The translations under genes and the position numbers were made by a program. Shown in pieces: positions 19,410 through 29,621 of a DNA stretch of 64,000 nt. Positions within the stretch are counted from its first letter, which is position 1. Each line of letters begins with the position of its first letter. The notes under the pieces were generated by a model. That model saw nothing but the letters and a program-made list of their open reading frames with translations, was not told where the DNA came from and did not search any database. The stretch comes from Candidatus Multivoradales bacterium (GTDB lineage Bacteria > Acidobacteriota > Thermoanaerobaculia > Multivoradales > JAHEKO01), in assembly GCA_965248055.1 (NCBI GenBank), contig CBDFIJ010000004.1, positions 2,336,001 to 2,400,000 on the forward strand. Direction: 5' to 3'.

Positions 19410-19489
19410 TTAATTCTGCCAACTGTCTCAAAGTTGTTGACAGGTTCCGATTGCCGATTTTCTGGTACTCATGTCGCCAAGTCCCGTGT

Positions 19490-20920
19490 GAGTCAATCCC
19501 ATTCCTAGTTGAAACAATTCACGGCTCCGGTTGATTTAGGCCGCTCTTGCGGCCACTTCCTTGTTTTCGATCTTCAGTTTCCTCATCAAGGCTTCTCGTA
19601 GTTGCGGCAAGTGACGGTAGCCCATCACTCGTCTCAGCCGCGGTTCGATATCCAGCAGTGCGGTGACCAGCCAGCGTTGCCGTTGGTTGGAATTTTTCCA
19701 GTAGTCGATCTTGGCGCAGCGGGCCTCGACAGCTGCATTGATCGACTCAAGACAATTGGTAGTTTTAAACGAGCGACCCAGGACCCCGTAGAGTCCTAGT
19801 TGATGCAGCGTCAAGGTCTCTTCCAGCCCTTCTCGCAGGCTGGCCGCCGCTGACTGGTTGCGATCTTCCAGCTCGTGGCGGAGCTCCTCAAGCGCAGTCT
19901 TAGCCTCCTCGTATTCTGGTCGGTTGTAAGCTCGCTGCAACCTCTGGCGCCACAGCGCCTGTTCTCCCTTGGGTAAATAGCTGACCACGTTCTCACGCTT
20001 GTGCCACTGGCAGCGTTGCACCAGGGCTCGACCCTTAAACGCCTTGGCAACGGCCGAGCGTAATCCCTTGCCACCATCAATGATCACCAGCAAGCCCTGG
20101 GAAATGTCGAGACCTCGCTCGATGAGTGAGCGCAGAAAGGGCGTCAACACCTTCTCGTTCTCGGTACCCGTCTCGACAAAGCCCAGGAAGCGTTTATCTC
20201 CGCTGGCCGTGATGCCCAAAGCCACTACCATCGTGGTGTCAGCAAACGTCTTACCGTCCAAGAACAGAGCAACCACATCCTCTCCACCGAGGTCGCGTTG
20301 CTGAAACTCTTTGAGCTTGGCTGCGCTGGCCTCAATAAAGCCACGCGAGACCGTCGAGCTAGACAGCCCGATGGCACCTGGAATCGACTCCGCTGCCGCT
20401 TCGTAGTCACGGCATGAGATTCCGTAGAGCACCCGCCTTAGGAGTAGATCGTTGGCCTCCCGGTCGTTGCCCAGGGCTTCGTAGCTCGAGAGTGGAATCT
20501 CTCCCCCTGAAACACTGCGGACCCGAGGCACTTGGATCGGCACTCGTTGGCCAGCAAGGCCCACCGTGCCGGGGTTACTCCCGTGACGCCGACCTTGTGT
20601 TGATGACTCTTTGCGCGCGTATCGCTCCCCTGCTAGAGACGTCACTTCCTGGTTCAGCAACTCATGGATGTGCATCAAACCTATTGGCACCAAAGAGCGA
20701 ATTAGATCCACTTTGGTGTCCAGTTCAAGAGCAGCGTAGTGGCTGTGGCTCACGACTTCGACCTCACCCAGCTTGCGATTCTTCTTGCGTTTCTTGACTC
20801 TATGTAAAACACTCATCTATCGGCTCCTTTTCTCGTTGTGGCTTGATGGCCTCTTGGAAATTCCATCAAATCACGGGTTGAGGAGCCGTTTCAAATTTCA
20901 ACTAACTTTAGGACACACTC
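19490..20920 (-). mobile_element. IS256-family element with 8-bp target duplication TCCCGTGT
   Basis: IRs GAGTCAATCCCATTCCTAGTTGAAA / GAGTGTGTCCTAAAGTTAGTTGAAA; TCCCGTGT at 19482-19489 and 20921-20928. Confidence 0.9.
19536..20816 (-). CDS. IS256-family transposase
   Basis: LFLDG, IIDGGKGL, QRCQWHKRENV, TTNCLESIN. Confidence 0.92.
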   Translation of the reverse strand: MSVLHRVKKRKKNRKLGEVEVVSHSHYAALELDTKVDLIRSLVPIGLMHIHELLNQEVTSLAGERYARKESSTQGRRHGSNPGTVGLAGQRVPIQVPRVRSVSGGEIPLSSYEALGNDREANDLLLRRVLYGISCRDYEAAAESIPGAIGLSSSTVSRGFIEASAAKLKEFQQRDLGGEDVVALFLDGKTFADTTMVVALGITASGDKRFLGFVETGTENEKVLTPFLRSLIERGLDISQGLLVIIDGGKGLRSAVAKAFKGRALVQRCQWHKRENVVSYLPKGEQALWRQRLQRAYNRPEYEEAKTALEELRHELEDRNQSAAASLREGLEETLTLHQLGLYGVLGRSFKTTNCLESINAAVEARCAKIDYWKNSNQRQRWLVTALLDIEPRLRRVMGYRHLPQLREALMRKLKIENKEVAARAA

Positions 20921-21192
20921 TCCCGTGTCTCTGAAACTTCTCAATGACTGTTCCTACTTTGCTCAGATCTCTGGAGACGCCTCACGTGCGGTGATTGCAT
21001 TGTAACTGGCCGCAAGATTTGGGTTGCTGATGGTTCGGGCTGTTGCGGTTCCAGTTCATTTGAGCCCAAAAGCAACCAGGCTCGACTTAGGTAGAAGAAG
21101 ATCGGCGAGAGTTCGGCGAAACATCAGGACACGCTAGTCAACAGTTGAGACTGTTCTGTATGGAGGACAGTGCAGCGCAACAAGGAGACGCA

Positions 21193-21615
21193 ATGCAGTC
21201 AATCAGGACACTGAGCCCAGTAGTTTCCCAATACCCCGAGGAGCCCAAACAAGTTGTCTATCGGTTCGCCGAGTTCGAGTTGTCTTCCTTGCCGATACGT
21301 CTGAGGTTGAATGGCGCGGAAGTTAAGGTCAGGCCGCAGGCTCTTCGCGTGCTTGAAATGCTACTCCGACATACCGGAAATACGGTCACCGCAGGTCAAC
21401 TAAAAGGCCAAATTTGGCCTGGCAGAGACCACGGAAGCTTCAAGTCAGCTGTACGAATTGCCGTTGTACACCTCAGAAAGGCCCTTGGAGACCAAGCACA
21501 AATGCCACTGTATGTAGAGACGGTACCGAGAATTGGATACCGGTTTGTCCATCCAGTGATGGTGACCGAGTCACTGTTGGTGCGTCGGAAGCAGTTGGAC
21601 AGAACCAGCTTCTAG
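21193..21615 (+). CDS. Stand-alone OmpR/CadC-type winged-helix DNA-binding protein
   Basis: YRFAEFEL...LRKALGD...YVETVPRIGYRF; AGGAG RBS before ATG 21193. Confidence 0.85.
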   Translation: MQSIRTLSPVVSQYPEEPKQVVYRFAEFELSSLPIRLRLNGAEVKVRPQALRVLEMLLRHTGNTVTAGQLKGQIWPGRDHGSFKSAVRIAVVHLRKALGDQAQMPLYVETVPRIGYRFVHPVMVTESLLVRRKQLDRTSF

Positions 21616-21651
21616 TGAGTTGGTTACGTTCTTGCTACTCAGAGTCTCCGA

Positions 21652-23589
21652 GTGAGACCTGAGGCGACACAAGTCAACACGGATAATAGCGCTGAGTACT
21701 TAGGAGATCTTCCAACGGGAGATCTATTGGTCGGCACCAAGGTGGTGCGCCCGCTGGCGTTGGAGATCGCTGACGACATTGGAGTCGAACGCATCGAAGC
21801 GAAGACGATGCGGGTTCTCATGTGCTTGGCCCGCAAGGAAGGTGAACCGGTCACCCGCGAGGAGCTTCACAGTGCGGTGTGGTCTGACGTTGTCGTCACG
21901 GACGATGTCATTCATCGTGCGATATCGATTCTTCGCAAGGTATTTGGAGACAGCGCCACCGAGCAGCGGGTGATCGAGACGATCCCGCGGGTTGGCTATC
22001 GTCTTGGAGTTCCGGTTGAGTGGATTGCCGAGGATTCTGTATCGCCGCCAGGCCCACAATCGAAGAAAAAACGAAGCCAACTTGTCACCAGTTTTCTTGC
22101 AGTGCTGACCCTAGGAGCGGGAGTTGCTTTTTTGGATGGACGTGGCATGCGAAATGAACCACTGGTCGCTTCTGATCAGGTGGTGGGACCGATTGAACGC
22201 GCAGACGCTCTGGTCAAAAAGGGAGACTTACTGGCTGCTGAGAAAGAACTGCAGCGACTCTTAGATAGCGAGCCGGGTCAGTTAGCAAGTCGCACACGAT
22301 TGGCGACCATGCAGATTCGTCGAAAAGATAGTGCTGCAGCACTCAGGACCCTAGCGCAACGCCCTCAAGGACAACAAGACGATATCGACTTACTGACCTT
22401 GAAGTCTTACGCGTTGAATTTGGATGGAAAAAACGACGCAGCTAGGGAAATAGTGCAAAGTGTGCTCAGTCGATCCAATCGCAACATTGCTGCCCAACGC
22501 CTCTACGTCAACCTGATCAGGGATGTCGGCTGGCTAGTGCCGGAGCCATTGCAATTTCTGACGCCACCTGCTGCGGTCGAACAAGATATCGCGCTGATTT
22601 ACGCGCACTCGGCCGAGTGGGACGGGCGCCCAGACGTGGCGAATGAAGCTCTTGAGAGATTGCGTGAGAGCCTACCTGCTGGCAGCGACCGACAACGAGA
22701 AGCGACTTTGTTGTTGTCTAGATTCTATTTGCGTCACCGATCTTGGGGCAAGTTGATCGCCTTGGCTGAGCCTCAATTCCGGCAGCCCAGTTTGCCGACT
22801 CATATCGAGCTGCTTCGCCACTATTCCGAAGCGCTCTTTCAAGAACGCGGGTTGGCTGCTGCTGTGGCGTTGTTGGAGGGGGTTGCTAACTCGGGTCCGG
22901 CGGCCGCCAAACCCACCATGCTGCGTAAGGCAGAACTCCAATTCCGTGCGGGTCGGGTAGAGAACGGCGAGGCATCGCTTTCGCGATTGCGCGAACGGGC
23001 AGATGCGGATGGCCTCATTGCGGTCGCGCGGGTGTACGAACGCGTCGGTCGTTCGGAACAGGCCGTTTCGACCTCTTTTGAGGCTTTGGCCTTGAACCCA
23101 AGATCGGATCGCGGCCAGCTCTCATTGGCCTCGATCCTTCAGGATAACGGTCGCGAAGCGGAAGCTGAGGGCATCTATCGCACTGTTCTCGAACGTTCGC
23201 CGAGCTCCGCGTTCGCGCTCAACAACCTTGCATTTTTACTTGCTCGCAGCGGGCGGAAACTAGACGAGGCGCTCGAATTCGCGAATCGCGCAGTGGCATT
23301 GGCGGGCAATGACTTCGCCTTCTTGGACACTTTGGGTTGGGTTCACTTTCAGCTGGGCGATGGTCAGGCTGCGATCGAACTCCTGCAGCGCGCGATTCGC
23401 CAGAACCCATTCGATCCAGAGATTCTTCACCATGCTGGAGACATTGCTCGGAGCACCGGCGATAGCGAGCTTGCCCACGAGTACTATCAGCACTCTCTTG
23501 CACTTCCTGGAGCGCGCAAGGCTGACATTGAACGCAAACTGAGTGAGCTACCTCCTGCGCCTGCTGAGACAAAGAAGGAGCGCCAGTAG
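21652..23589 (+). CDS. CadC/ToxR-like regulator: wHTH, transmembrane helix and periplasmic TPR region
   Basis: [11 protein letters not shown]; TM LVTSFLAVLTLGAGVAFL; ALNNLAFLL...FLDTLGWVHFQLG TPRs. Confidence 0.88.
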   Translation: MRPEATQVNTDNSAEYLGDLPTGDLLVGTKVVRPLALEIADDIGVERIEAKTMRVLMCLARKEGEPVTREELHSAVWSDVVVTDDVIHRAISILRKVFGDSATEQRVIETIPRVGYRLGVPVEWIAEDSVSPPGPQSKKKRSQLVTSFLAVLTLGAGVAFLDGRGMRNEPLVASDQVVGPIERADALVKKGDLLAAEKELQRLLDSEPGQLASRTRLATMQIRRKDSAAALRTLAQRPQGQQDDIDLLTLKSYALNLDGKNDAAREIVQSVLSRSNRNIAAQRLYVNLIRDVGWLVPEPLQFLTPPAAVEQDIALIYAHSAEWDGRPDVANEALERLRESLPAGSDRQREATLLLSRFYLRHRSWGKLIALAEPQFRQPSLPTHIELLRHYSEALFQERGLAAAVALLEGVANSGPAAAKPTMLRKAELQFRAGRVENGEASLSRLRERADADGLIAVARVYERVGRSEQAVSTSFEALALNPRSDRGQLSLASILQDNGREAEAEGIYRTVLERSPSSAFALNNLAFLLARSGRKLDEALEFANRAVALAGNDFAFLDTLGWVHFQLGDGQAAIELLQRAIRQNPFDPEILHHAGDIARSTGDSELAHEYYQHSLALPGARKADIERKLSELPPAPAETKKERQ

Positions 23590-23980
23590 ACGCGCCATTG
23601 GCGGTGTATTTTCCGAGGTACACGGGCGGCCGCTGCCCTCGATCAGTACCGATTGTCTTCGGACCGAGACGGAAGACGGACATATCGGAGTTGCGCCTTG
23701 TGGCAGAAAATCAGGAATTTTGATCCCAAACCGCCTCTGGGGCGAAACCTAAGGAAATCCTAATGAACCTAAACGGTTGGTCATGCGTTGTTGTTTTATA
23801 GAAGAGGACAAATGCGAACTGACAGACAAAGTAATGACTTCGAAAGATTGAACCGAGATTCCATTGAATTGGACTAAGGGGATGAAGTTGATCGTCAACA
23901 ACCAATTGCAGCGCCACAACAACCTTCATTCGCTCCCCACGTACAAAGGGTAATGAGTGATGACAGACGAGGAGAACGAT

Positions 23981-24379
23981 ATGGGAACGATTGCCAACAT
24001 GAGAGACAGCGGAGAACAGTTTCGCCCCACGTCTGACAGACCCGTTCGTCGGGTCTACCGTTTCGGTGGTTACGATTTGACCACCTCGCCGCTACGCCTC
24101 GACCGCAATGGACAGCGAGTTGAGGTACGCCCGCAATCGCTGCGATTACTTGAGCGCTTGTTGAGTGAAATCGGCTCGGTGGTCGCCACCGATGATTTGT
24201 TTCCAGCGAGTCAGGACGCGAGAAGCCAAGCTCGAGTGGCGGTGGTTCACCTGCGTCGGGTGCTAGGAGATAGAAGTGGATCGCCACGTTTCGTCGAGAC
24301 GGTGCGCGGGCAGGGCTACCGGTTCGTCCATCCGGTCGAGGTTGTAGAAGAGCCGATGGTTCGTTGGCAAGTCCGTTAA
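23981..24379 (+). CDS. Stand-alone OmpR/CadC-type wHTH protein, paralog of 21193-21615
   Basis: VYRFGG...VEVRPQSLRLLE...RVAVVHLRRVLGD...FVETVRGQGYRFVHPV. Confidence 0.85.
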   Translation: MGTIANMRDSGEQFRPTSDRPVRRVYRFGGYDLTTSPLRLDRNGQRVEVRPQSLRLLERLLSEIGSVVATDDLFPASQDARSQARVAVVHLRRVLGDRSGSPRFVETVRGQGYRFVHPVEVVEEPMVRWQVR

Positions 24380-24411
24380 TCGCGGCACAGCTAAGAGTCG
24401 CGGCAAGTTGA

Positions 24412-24945
24412 TTGCAAGAATCTGACGAAATGGAGCCGTCTCTGCAAGTTCAATCACCTGAAACGGTGGTCAAGGAGTTGTTGTCACCGCCCCGCGAGCT
24501 AAGGCTTCCTGCGGGTAGATTTCGGGTTGGTGACTTTGAGGTCGAGCCTCGACGGCTTGAAATCGCCGGTCAGGATCGAGTGATCCAGGTGGAACCCAAG
24601 GTGATGGGTGTGTTCGTCGATCTGATTCAGTCAGCCGGGACACCCAGAACCAAGCGGGAAATCCTGCAAGCGGTTTGGCCCGATGTGATCGTTGGCGACG
24701 CGGTGTTGAGTCGAGCGATCTCCATACTGCGTCACTCACTCGGCGAGGATGCCAAGAACCCGCAATTTATTGAGACTATTCCTCGGGTCGGATACCGGTT
24801 CGTTGGCGAGGTTTCCCACTATACGGAAGAGATTATCGAAACCGTCAAGGCCGCAGAAGAGAAGTCGTTCAATTGGTGGATTGCTGCCCTGATTGGGATC
24901 TTGTTGATGGCGGCGTTTGTATTGGGTTTGCTAGTTAGCAGCTAA
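24412..24945 (+). CDS. wHTH protein with C-terminal membrane anchor and no sensor domain
   Basis: VEPKVMGV...[20 protein letters not shown]...[11 protein letters not shown]; ends in a hydrophobic helix. Confidence 0.85.
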   Translation: MQESDEMEPSLQVQSPETVVKELLSPPRELRLPAGRFRVGDFEVEPRRLEIAGQDRVIQVEPKVMGVFVDLIQSAGTPRTKREILQAVWPDVIVGDAVLSRAISILRHSLGEDAKNPQFIETIPRVGYRFVGEVSHYTEEIIETVKAAEEKSFNWWIAALIGILLMAAFVLGLLVSS

Positions 24946-25766
24946 CCGATTAATCCGTCCCATGGACTCGACGCGGAAGCGTAGAGTTTCTTGCCTATCC
25001 GGCCAGCATTAGCCGCTAACCAACCAGCCTCTACCGCGTGTTTCATGGCTGCGGCCATGCGTACCGCGTCTTTCGCTCCAGCGATCGCGGTGTTCATAAG
25101 CACCGCATCACATCCGAGTTCCATTGCCAGGGCTGCGTCCGAGGCGGTACCGACACCGGCGTCGACAATTACTGGCACAGGGTTCTCACGGGCGTGGGCT
25201 TGTTCGACAATGATGCGGATATTGGCCGGGTTGCGAATGCCCAAGCCCGAGCCAATTGGTGCCCCTAGTGGCATTACCGCCGCAGCACCTAAGTCTTGAA
25301 GCTTGCGGCAGACGACGGGGTCGTCAGTGGTATAGGGAAGGACGATGAAGCCTTCGTCCACCAACACCCTGGTTGCTTGCAGCAGCTCTTCATTGTCGGG
25401 AAACAGGGTTTCCTTATCGCCAATCACCTCAAGCTTGACCCAGTTCCATCCACCAACTTCGCGCCCCAGACGAGCGGTGCGAATGGCTTCTTCCGCGGTA
25501 AAGCAAGCGGCGGTGTTCGGCAGCAGTAGGTACTTCTTGGGATCGATGTAATCGATCAACGACCCCTTACCGATGTTGTCCAGAGACACCCGCCTGAGCG
25601 CGACCGTGATCATTTCGGTTCCAGAAGCCTCGAACGAGGCCACCATGGTTTCGTGGTCGCTGTACTTGCCGGTGCCCAGGATCAATCTGGAGTGGAAGGT
25701 GTGGTCGGCAATGGTCAGGGAATCTATTTGGGTCGAGGGGTGTGCGGAGGTTGAGGAGTTATTCAT
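24942..25766 (-). CDS. thiG: Thiazole synthase
   Basis: [44 protein letters not shown]. Confidence 0.97.
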   Translation of the reverse strand: MNNSSTSAHPSTQIDSLTIADHTFHSRLILGTGKYSDHETMVASFEASGTEMITVALRRVSLDNIGKGSLIDYIDPKKYLLLPNTAACFTAEEAIRTARLGREVGGWNWVKLEVIGDKETLFPDNEELLQATRVLVDEGFIVLPYTTDDPVVCRKLQDLGAAAVMPLGAPIGSGLGIRNPANIRIIVEQAHARENPVPVIVDAGVGTASDAALAMELGCDAVLMNTAIAGAKDAVRMAAAMKHAVEAGWLAANAGRIGKKLYASASSPWDGLIG

Positions 25767-25935
25767 GGGTTGGTGGATGTTACTACCGGAGTGTCTTCCC
25801 GGAGGGTGTTCGGCAGCGGGGCAGCTTCAGTTTGTCGTATTGAGGAAAGCCCCTGGCCCCCAAGCCTCCCCGCAGGGATGACGGTTTTTGGAAGGCCATT
25901 CTGAGGGCATGGAGTGTCGGCATTCCAGCGGTGAT

Positions 25936-26790
25936 TCAGGCCTTTGGCGATTCAACCAGTATGTTGTCGATCAATCGGGTGCTGCCGATGATGCCAGCGA
26001 TGGGCAATAGGACCGGTCCAGAGATCTCTCGAACCGGTGAGAACGAGCCAGGGTCAACCACCTCGGCATACTCAAGCGTCGCGAAGGGCTCTTGTCCGAC
26101 TACTTGCTTCATCACAGCGCGTACGCTGTCAGCGTCTGTGCTCCCTTTGGCGATCAATTCGGCTGCTCGGGTTAGTGCTCGGTGAAAAACCGCGGCTGCC
26201 TGCCGTTCAGCGGGCGACAAGAGAGCATTGCGCGACGACATCGCCAACCCATTGTCCTCACGAACAGTCGGATGGCCCAGGATCTCGACTCCGAGTTCCA
26301 GATCGGTGGTTAGGCGGCGAATGATCGCCAGTTGCTGAGCGTCTTTCTCTCCAAAAATGGCGACTTCTGGAGAGGCTATTAGCAGCAGACGGGTGACCAC
26401 GGTGGCGACGCCACGGAAATGCCCGGGTCGGAAGGCGCCTTCCAGCCGATCGGAAAGGCCATCAACGTTGATGTAGGTCGAGTAACCAGCAGGGTAGATC
26501 TCTTCACCGCTGGGCAGAAACAGCAGGTCACAGCCGTTGGCTTGCAGCAAATCGGCGTCAGTAGCGATATCCCGCGGGTAGTGATCGTAGTCCTTCGGGT
26601 CGTTGAACTGGGCGGGGTTGACGAAGATCGAAACCACTACCTTGTCAGCGACCCGGCCAGCCTCCCGGACCAGTGCGAGGTGGCCTTCATGCAACGACCC
26701 CATGGTCGGAACCAGTGCCACCCGCAGTTGCTGTGATTGCCAATCGCGCACCATCGCTCGCAGTTCATCAGCGGATTGACAGGAGCGCAC
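25936..26790 (-). CDS. panC: Pantoate--beta-alanine ligase
   Basis: VPTMGSLHEGH, FVNPAQF, RPGHFRGV, FGEKDAQQ, MSSRN, RLIDN. Confidence 0.97.
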   Translation of the reverse strand: MRSCQSADELRAMVRDWQSQQLRVALVPTMGSLHEGHLALVREAGRVADKVVVSIFVNPAQFNDPKDYDHYPRDIATDADLLQANGCDLLFLPSGEEIYPAGYSTYINVDGLSDRLEGAFRPGHFRGVATVVTRLLLIASPEVAIFGEKDAQQLAIIRRLTTDLELGVEILGHPTVREDNGLAMSSRNALLSPAERQAAAVFHRALTRAAELIAKGSTDADSVRAVMKQVVGQEPFATLEYAEVVDPGSFSPVREISGPVLLPIAGIIGSTRLIDNILVESPKA

Positions 26791-27659
26791 TAACCGTAAA
26801 CCTTGCGCAGCTTGGTCTCTTGGGCGAGCTCGGGTTTTGGGTTGTCGTAGCTCTCTTGATCGTTGGGAAAACGGCCGTTGTGGACGTCATCGACGTACTG
26901 AGAGATCGCTTCGGTGGCTTGGGCACCGAGATCGGCGTAGCGTCGGACGAACTTAGGAGACAGGCGGTCCTCAATGCCAAGTACGTCGTGGTAGACCAAA
27001 ACCTGTCCGTTACAGCTCGGTCCAGCGCCGATGCCAATGGTTGGGATCGAAAGTTCCGTGGTGACCCTGGCGGCGAGCTCGGCGGGCACGCATTCCAAGA
27101 CCAATGCGAAGGCACCAGCTGCCTCCAAATCCCGCGCGGCCTCGATCAGAGCACTGGCAGCGTCCTTGCCCCGACCTTGGACCCGATAACCACCCAGTTT
27201 GTGGACCGACTGGGGGGTCAGGCCGAGATGTACCATCACTGGAATCTCAGCATCGGTCAGGGCTTTGACGACGTCGGGTCGAGCGCCTTCGATCTTGACC
27301 GCCTGAGCGCCCCCTTCTTTGACGAAGCGCAGTGCGTTGTCGACGGTCTTAGTGAGTTCGCGATGAAATGAGCCATAGGGCATGTCTGCCACCAGCAGCG
27401 CCCGTTTGAGCCCACGGCGCACCGCTTTGACGTGATGCAGCATCTCGTCAACTGTCACCGACAGGGTGTCGTCGTGGCCGAGTACCACCATCGCCAAAGA
27501 ATCACCGACCAAGACCATGTCGACCCCGGCCTGATCGACAATCTTGGCTTGCGGATAGTCGTAGGCAGTAATCATGGTTAGCTTTTGGTCGCCAACCCCA
27601 GCCGCGGCAATCTTCGGTACCGTCATCGGTCGCCGGGTTGCCTTTTTTGGTTCGTTCAT
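26790..27659 (-). CDS. panB: 3-methyl-2-oxobutanoate hydroxymethyltransferase
   Basis: TAYDY, LVGDSL, ADMPYGS, HLGLTPQS, IPTIGIGAG; GAGGAG RBS before ATG 27659. Confidence 0.97.
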   Translation of the reverse strand: MNEPKKATRRPMTVPKIAAAGVGDQKLTMITAYDYPQAKIVDQAGVDMVLVGDSLAMVVLGHDDTLSVTVDEMLHHVKAVRRGLKRALLVADMPYGSFHRELTKTVDNALRFVKEGGAQAVKIEGARPDVVKALTDAEIPVMVHLGLTPQSVHKLGGYRVQGRGKDAASALIEAARDLEAAGAFALVLECVPAELAARVTTELSIPTIGIGAGPSCNGQVLVYHDVLGIEDRLSPKFVRRYADLGAQATEAISQYVDDVHNGRFPNDQESYDNPKPELAQETKLRKVYG

Positions 27660-27678
27660 GGTGTCTCCTCGGAAAGCG

Positions 27679-27710
27679 AAAAACCCTTCCGCCTGAAAGA
27701 CGGAAGGGTC
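27679..27710 (-). terminator. Intrinsic terminator/attenuator in the panB leader
   Basis: GACCCTTCCGTCTTTCAGGCGGAAGGGTTTTT on the minus strand. Confidence 0.7.
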
Positions 27711-27717
27711 ACAATTC

Positions 27718-27796
27718 GTGTCCCAGGGTTCTAAGCCGATCACATCACAGCGGCTTCAAACATGTTCCGTCTCGGTCCGTGATCGGATCCAAGCGG
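27718..27796 (-). ncRNA. pan RNA motif (putative cis-regulator)
   Basis: Bulged hairpin CCGCTTGGATCC-GATCAC-GGACCGAGACGG plus a second stem TGTGATCGGCTTAGAACCCTGGGACAC directly upstream of panBC. Confidence 0.7.
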
Positions 27797-28022
27797 TGCC
27801 CCGAAGGGCTCACTCATTATAACGGCGCTGTTGAACGAACTATTCCAGAAGGACTGTGTACGGTCAGTTGGGGTCAAGTGTGTCGCAGGCGGTTCTCCTT
27901 GGACCGCAGTAACAGTTAGCGTTTCGGAGTCAGTCGATTGGCGCCGCCCGCACAGTGACCGATCCGTTGGTCGTCTCAGCGTGGATAGACGGTCCGCCGG
28001 AACCCAGCGTTGTGCGCAAGTT

Positions 28023-28736
28023 TTACCGATTTCCGTATTTTTCGGTCCGCTTTGGAGTTCCAACATCGCTCCGCAAACGACCGTTGGTGGTGGAAACGTT
28101 CAGTTCACCGTTGAAGTCTTCCGGAACCGTAAGCGATACTCCGCCATTGGTGGTTTCGACGAAGACCGGAGAGTTGCCGGTGTCTGAGTTGTCGAGGGAA
28201 ACGGAAACCCCGCCGTTGGTGGTGCGAGCGTTAATCGGTCCGCCGATGTGAGCCAACGAAAGACCTCCGTTGACGGCCCGAGCAGTGATCGCCCCAGATA
28301 CCCAGTCGACGCTGATACCACCGTTGTGGGTCTCCAGTTGGAAATCCGTAGAGTGCGGCCCTTGAAGTTGATAGCTGACCCCCCAGCTCTCGTGTCTGCC
28401 GGTGGCGGGGCCGGTGGCTCGAATCGTTGATCCGGTGCCGATGGAAATTCCCTGCATCAGTTCTTGGGCCCGAGCGTCGGTATCAGCTCACGCAGAAACC
28501 GCAGCCAGCAGAACAATGCGATCTTGATCCCACCCTTCGACCGAAACTCCACCGTTTTGCCCAGCATCCAAGTCCACTTCGTCTCGCATCGAGATTTCGA
28601 TCTCTCGAATCTCGCCAGACCAACCTCGCTTGTGATTCGACCCATCCTTACACATGTCTTTCTCATCGAAACTGCCAGCGGCGAGGGTTGAGGCACAAAG
28701 TGTTAGCAGTGCTAGGTTACTTACGAGTTTTCGCAT
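28023..28736 (-). pseudogene. DUF4097/adhesin-like beta-repeat protein with an in-frame TGA at 28488-28490
   Basis: Repeated T(T/H)NGG(V/I)S motifs; AAVSA*ADTDARAQELMQG continues in frame. Confidence 0.8.
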
Positions 28737-28973
28737 ACCAATCTCCCGGTTGTCTATCAGTGGTTCGTTGGACAGCATTCTCCGCTTGAGAAGTCTCTGT
28801 TGGGACTATCGGAGTAAGGAAAAGGTTAAGTTGCTTGAGCCCACGCGGGCTAGATCGAAAAAGGGTGGATTGAAAAGGTCCTGGACCGAAGGATAAGGAT
28901 AAAGAGATCTGATCACCTTCGGTTCTAAACCGGACCGTGAGAAACGAGGATGAAGGCCATGAAGGCAGCCAGC

Positions 28974-29621
28974 CTAGCTGCGACCGCGGGGCACGTAGTA
29001 CTGAGTACCGCGGATCGGATGCGCCAAACGCTGAACCAAGTCTTCTAGATCCTCTTCCCGCGAGGTGAAGTCCAGATGACGGGTGTCGACCACCAAGAGC
29101 GGCGACTTGTTGTAGTAGTGGTAGTAGTGATTGTAGGCGTCGATCAGCTCCGCCAGGTAGTCCTCAGAGATGTTCTTCTCAAACTTCCAGCCTCGGTGTC
29201 GAATGCGCTCTTTACAGGTGGCCAAATCGGCGACCAGATAGACCACCAAGTCCGGCGTCGGCACTTGAGGTTCGAGCAAGCCATAGAGCTTGTCGAACAG
29301 CATTAATTCATCGTCAGAGAGGTTGAGATAGGCAAAAACACGGTTCTTAGGAAAGGTGTAGTCAGCGACCACCAACTCCTCGAACAGGCTCTGCTGGGCA
29401 ATCTCTTGCTGCTGTTTGTAGCGCGAGAGCAAGAAGTAAAGCTCGGTCTGAAACGCCGAACCCGGTCGATCGGAGTAGAAGTCCGACAGAAAGGGGTTCT
29501 CGATATCTTCCAGGATTTTTACCCCGTCGAAACGATCGGTGAGTAACTCCACCAAGGTGGTCTTGCCGACCCCGATCGGGCCGTCCACCGCTAGATTGCG
29601 AAATGGTAGCTGGTCTGCCAT
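28974..29621 (-). CDS. Deoxynucleoside kinase family protein
   Basis: GPIGVGKTT, ENPFLSDFY, FQTELYFLLSRYKQQ. Confidence 0.92.
   Translation of the reverse strand: MADQLPFRNLAVDGPIGVGKTTLVELLTDRFDGVKILEDIENPFLSDFYSDRPGSAFQTELYFLLSRYKQQQEIAQQSLFEELVVADYTFPKNRVFAYLNLSDDELMLFDKLYGLLEPQVPTPDLVVYLVADLATCKERIRHRGWKFEKNISEDYLAELIDAYNHYYHYYNKSPLLVVDTRHLDFTSREEDLEDLVQRLAHPIRGTQYYVPRGRS

Larger units (their letters stand above)
17818..19442 (+). mobile_element. IS3-family insertion sequence
   Basis: Ends TGCCAACGTAGCTGAGACA / TGTCTCAAAGTTGTTGACA (imperfect IR, TG...CA); two-ORF layout. Confidence 0.8.

Noticed and set aside
25767-25935. Possible TPP riboswitch upstream of thiG
   Set aside because: No CTGAGA or other TPP core motif on the minus strand; at most a decayed REP-like sequence
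13634-28490. Alternative genetic code (TGA=Trp) or selenocysteine
   Set aside because: TGA terminates conserved genes such as glmU and glmS, and the two sites are not Cys-like positions
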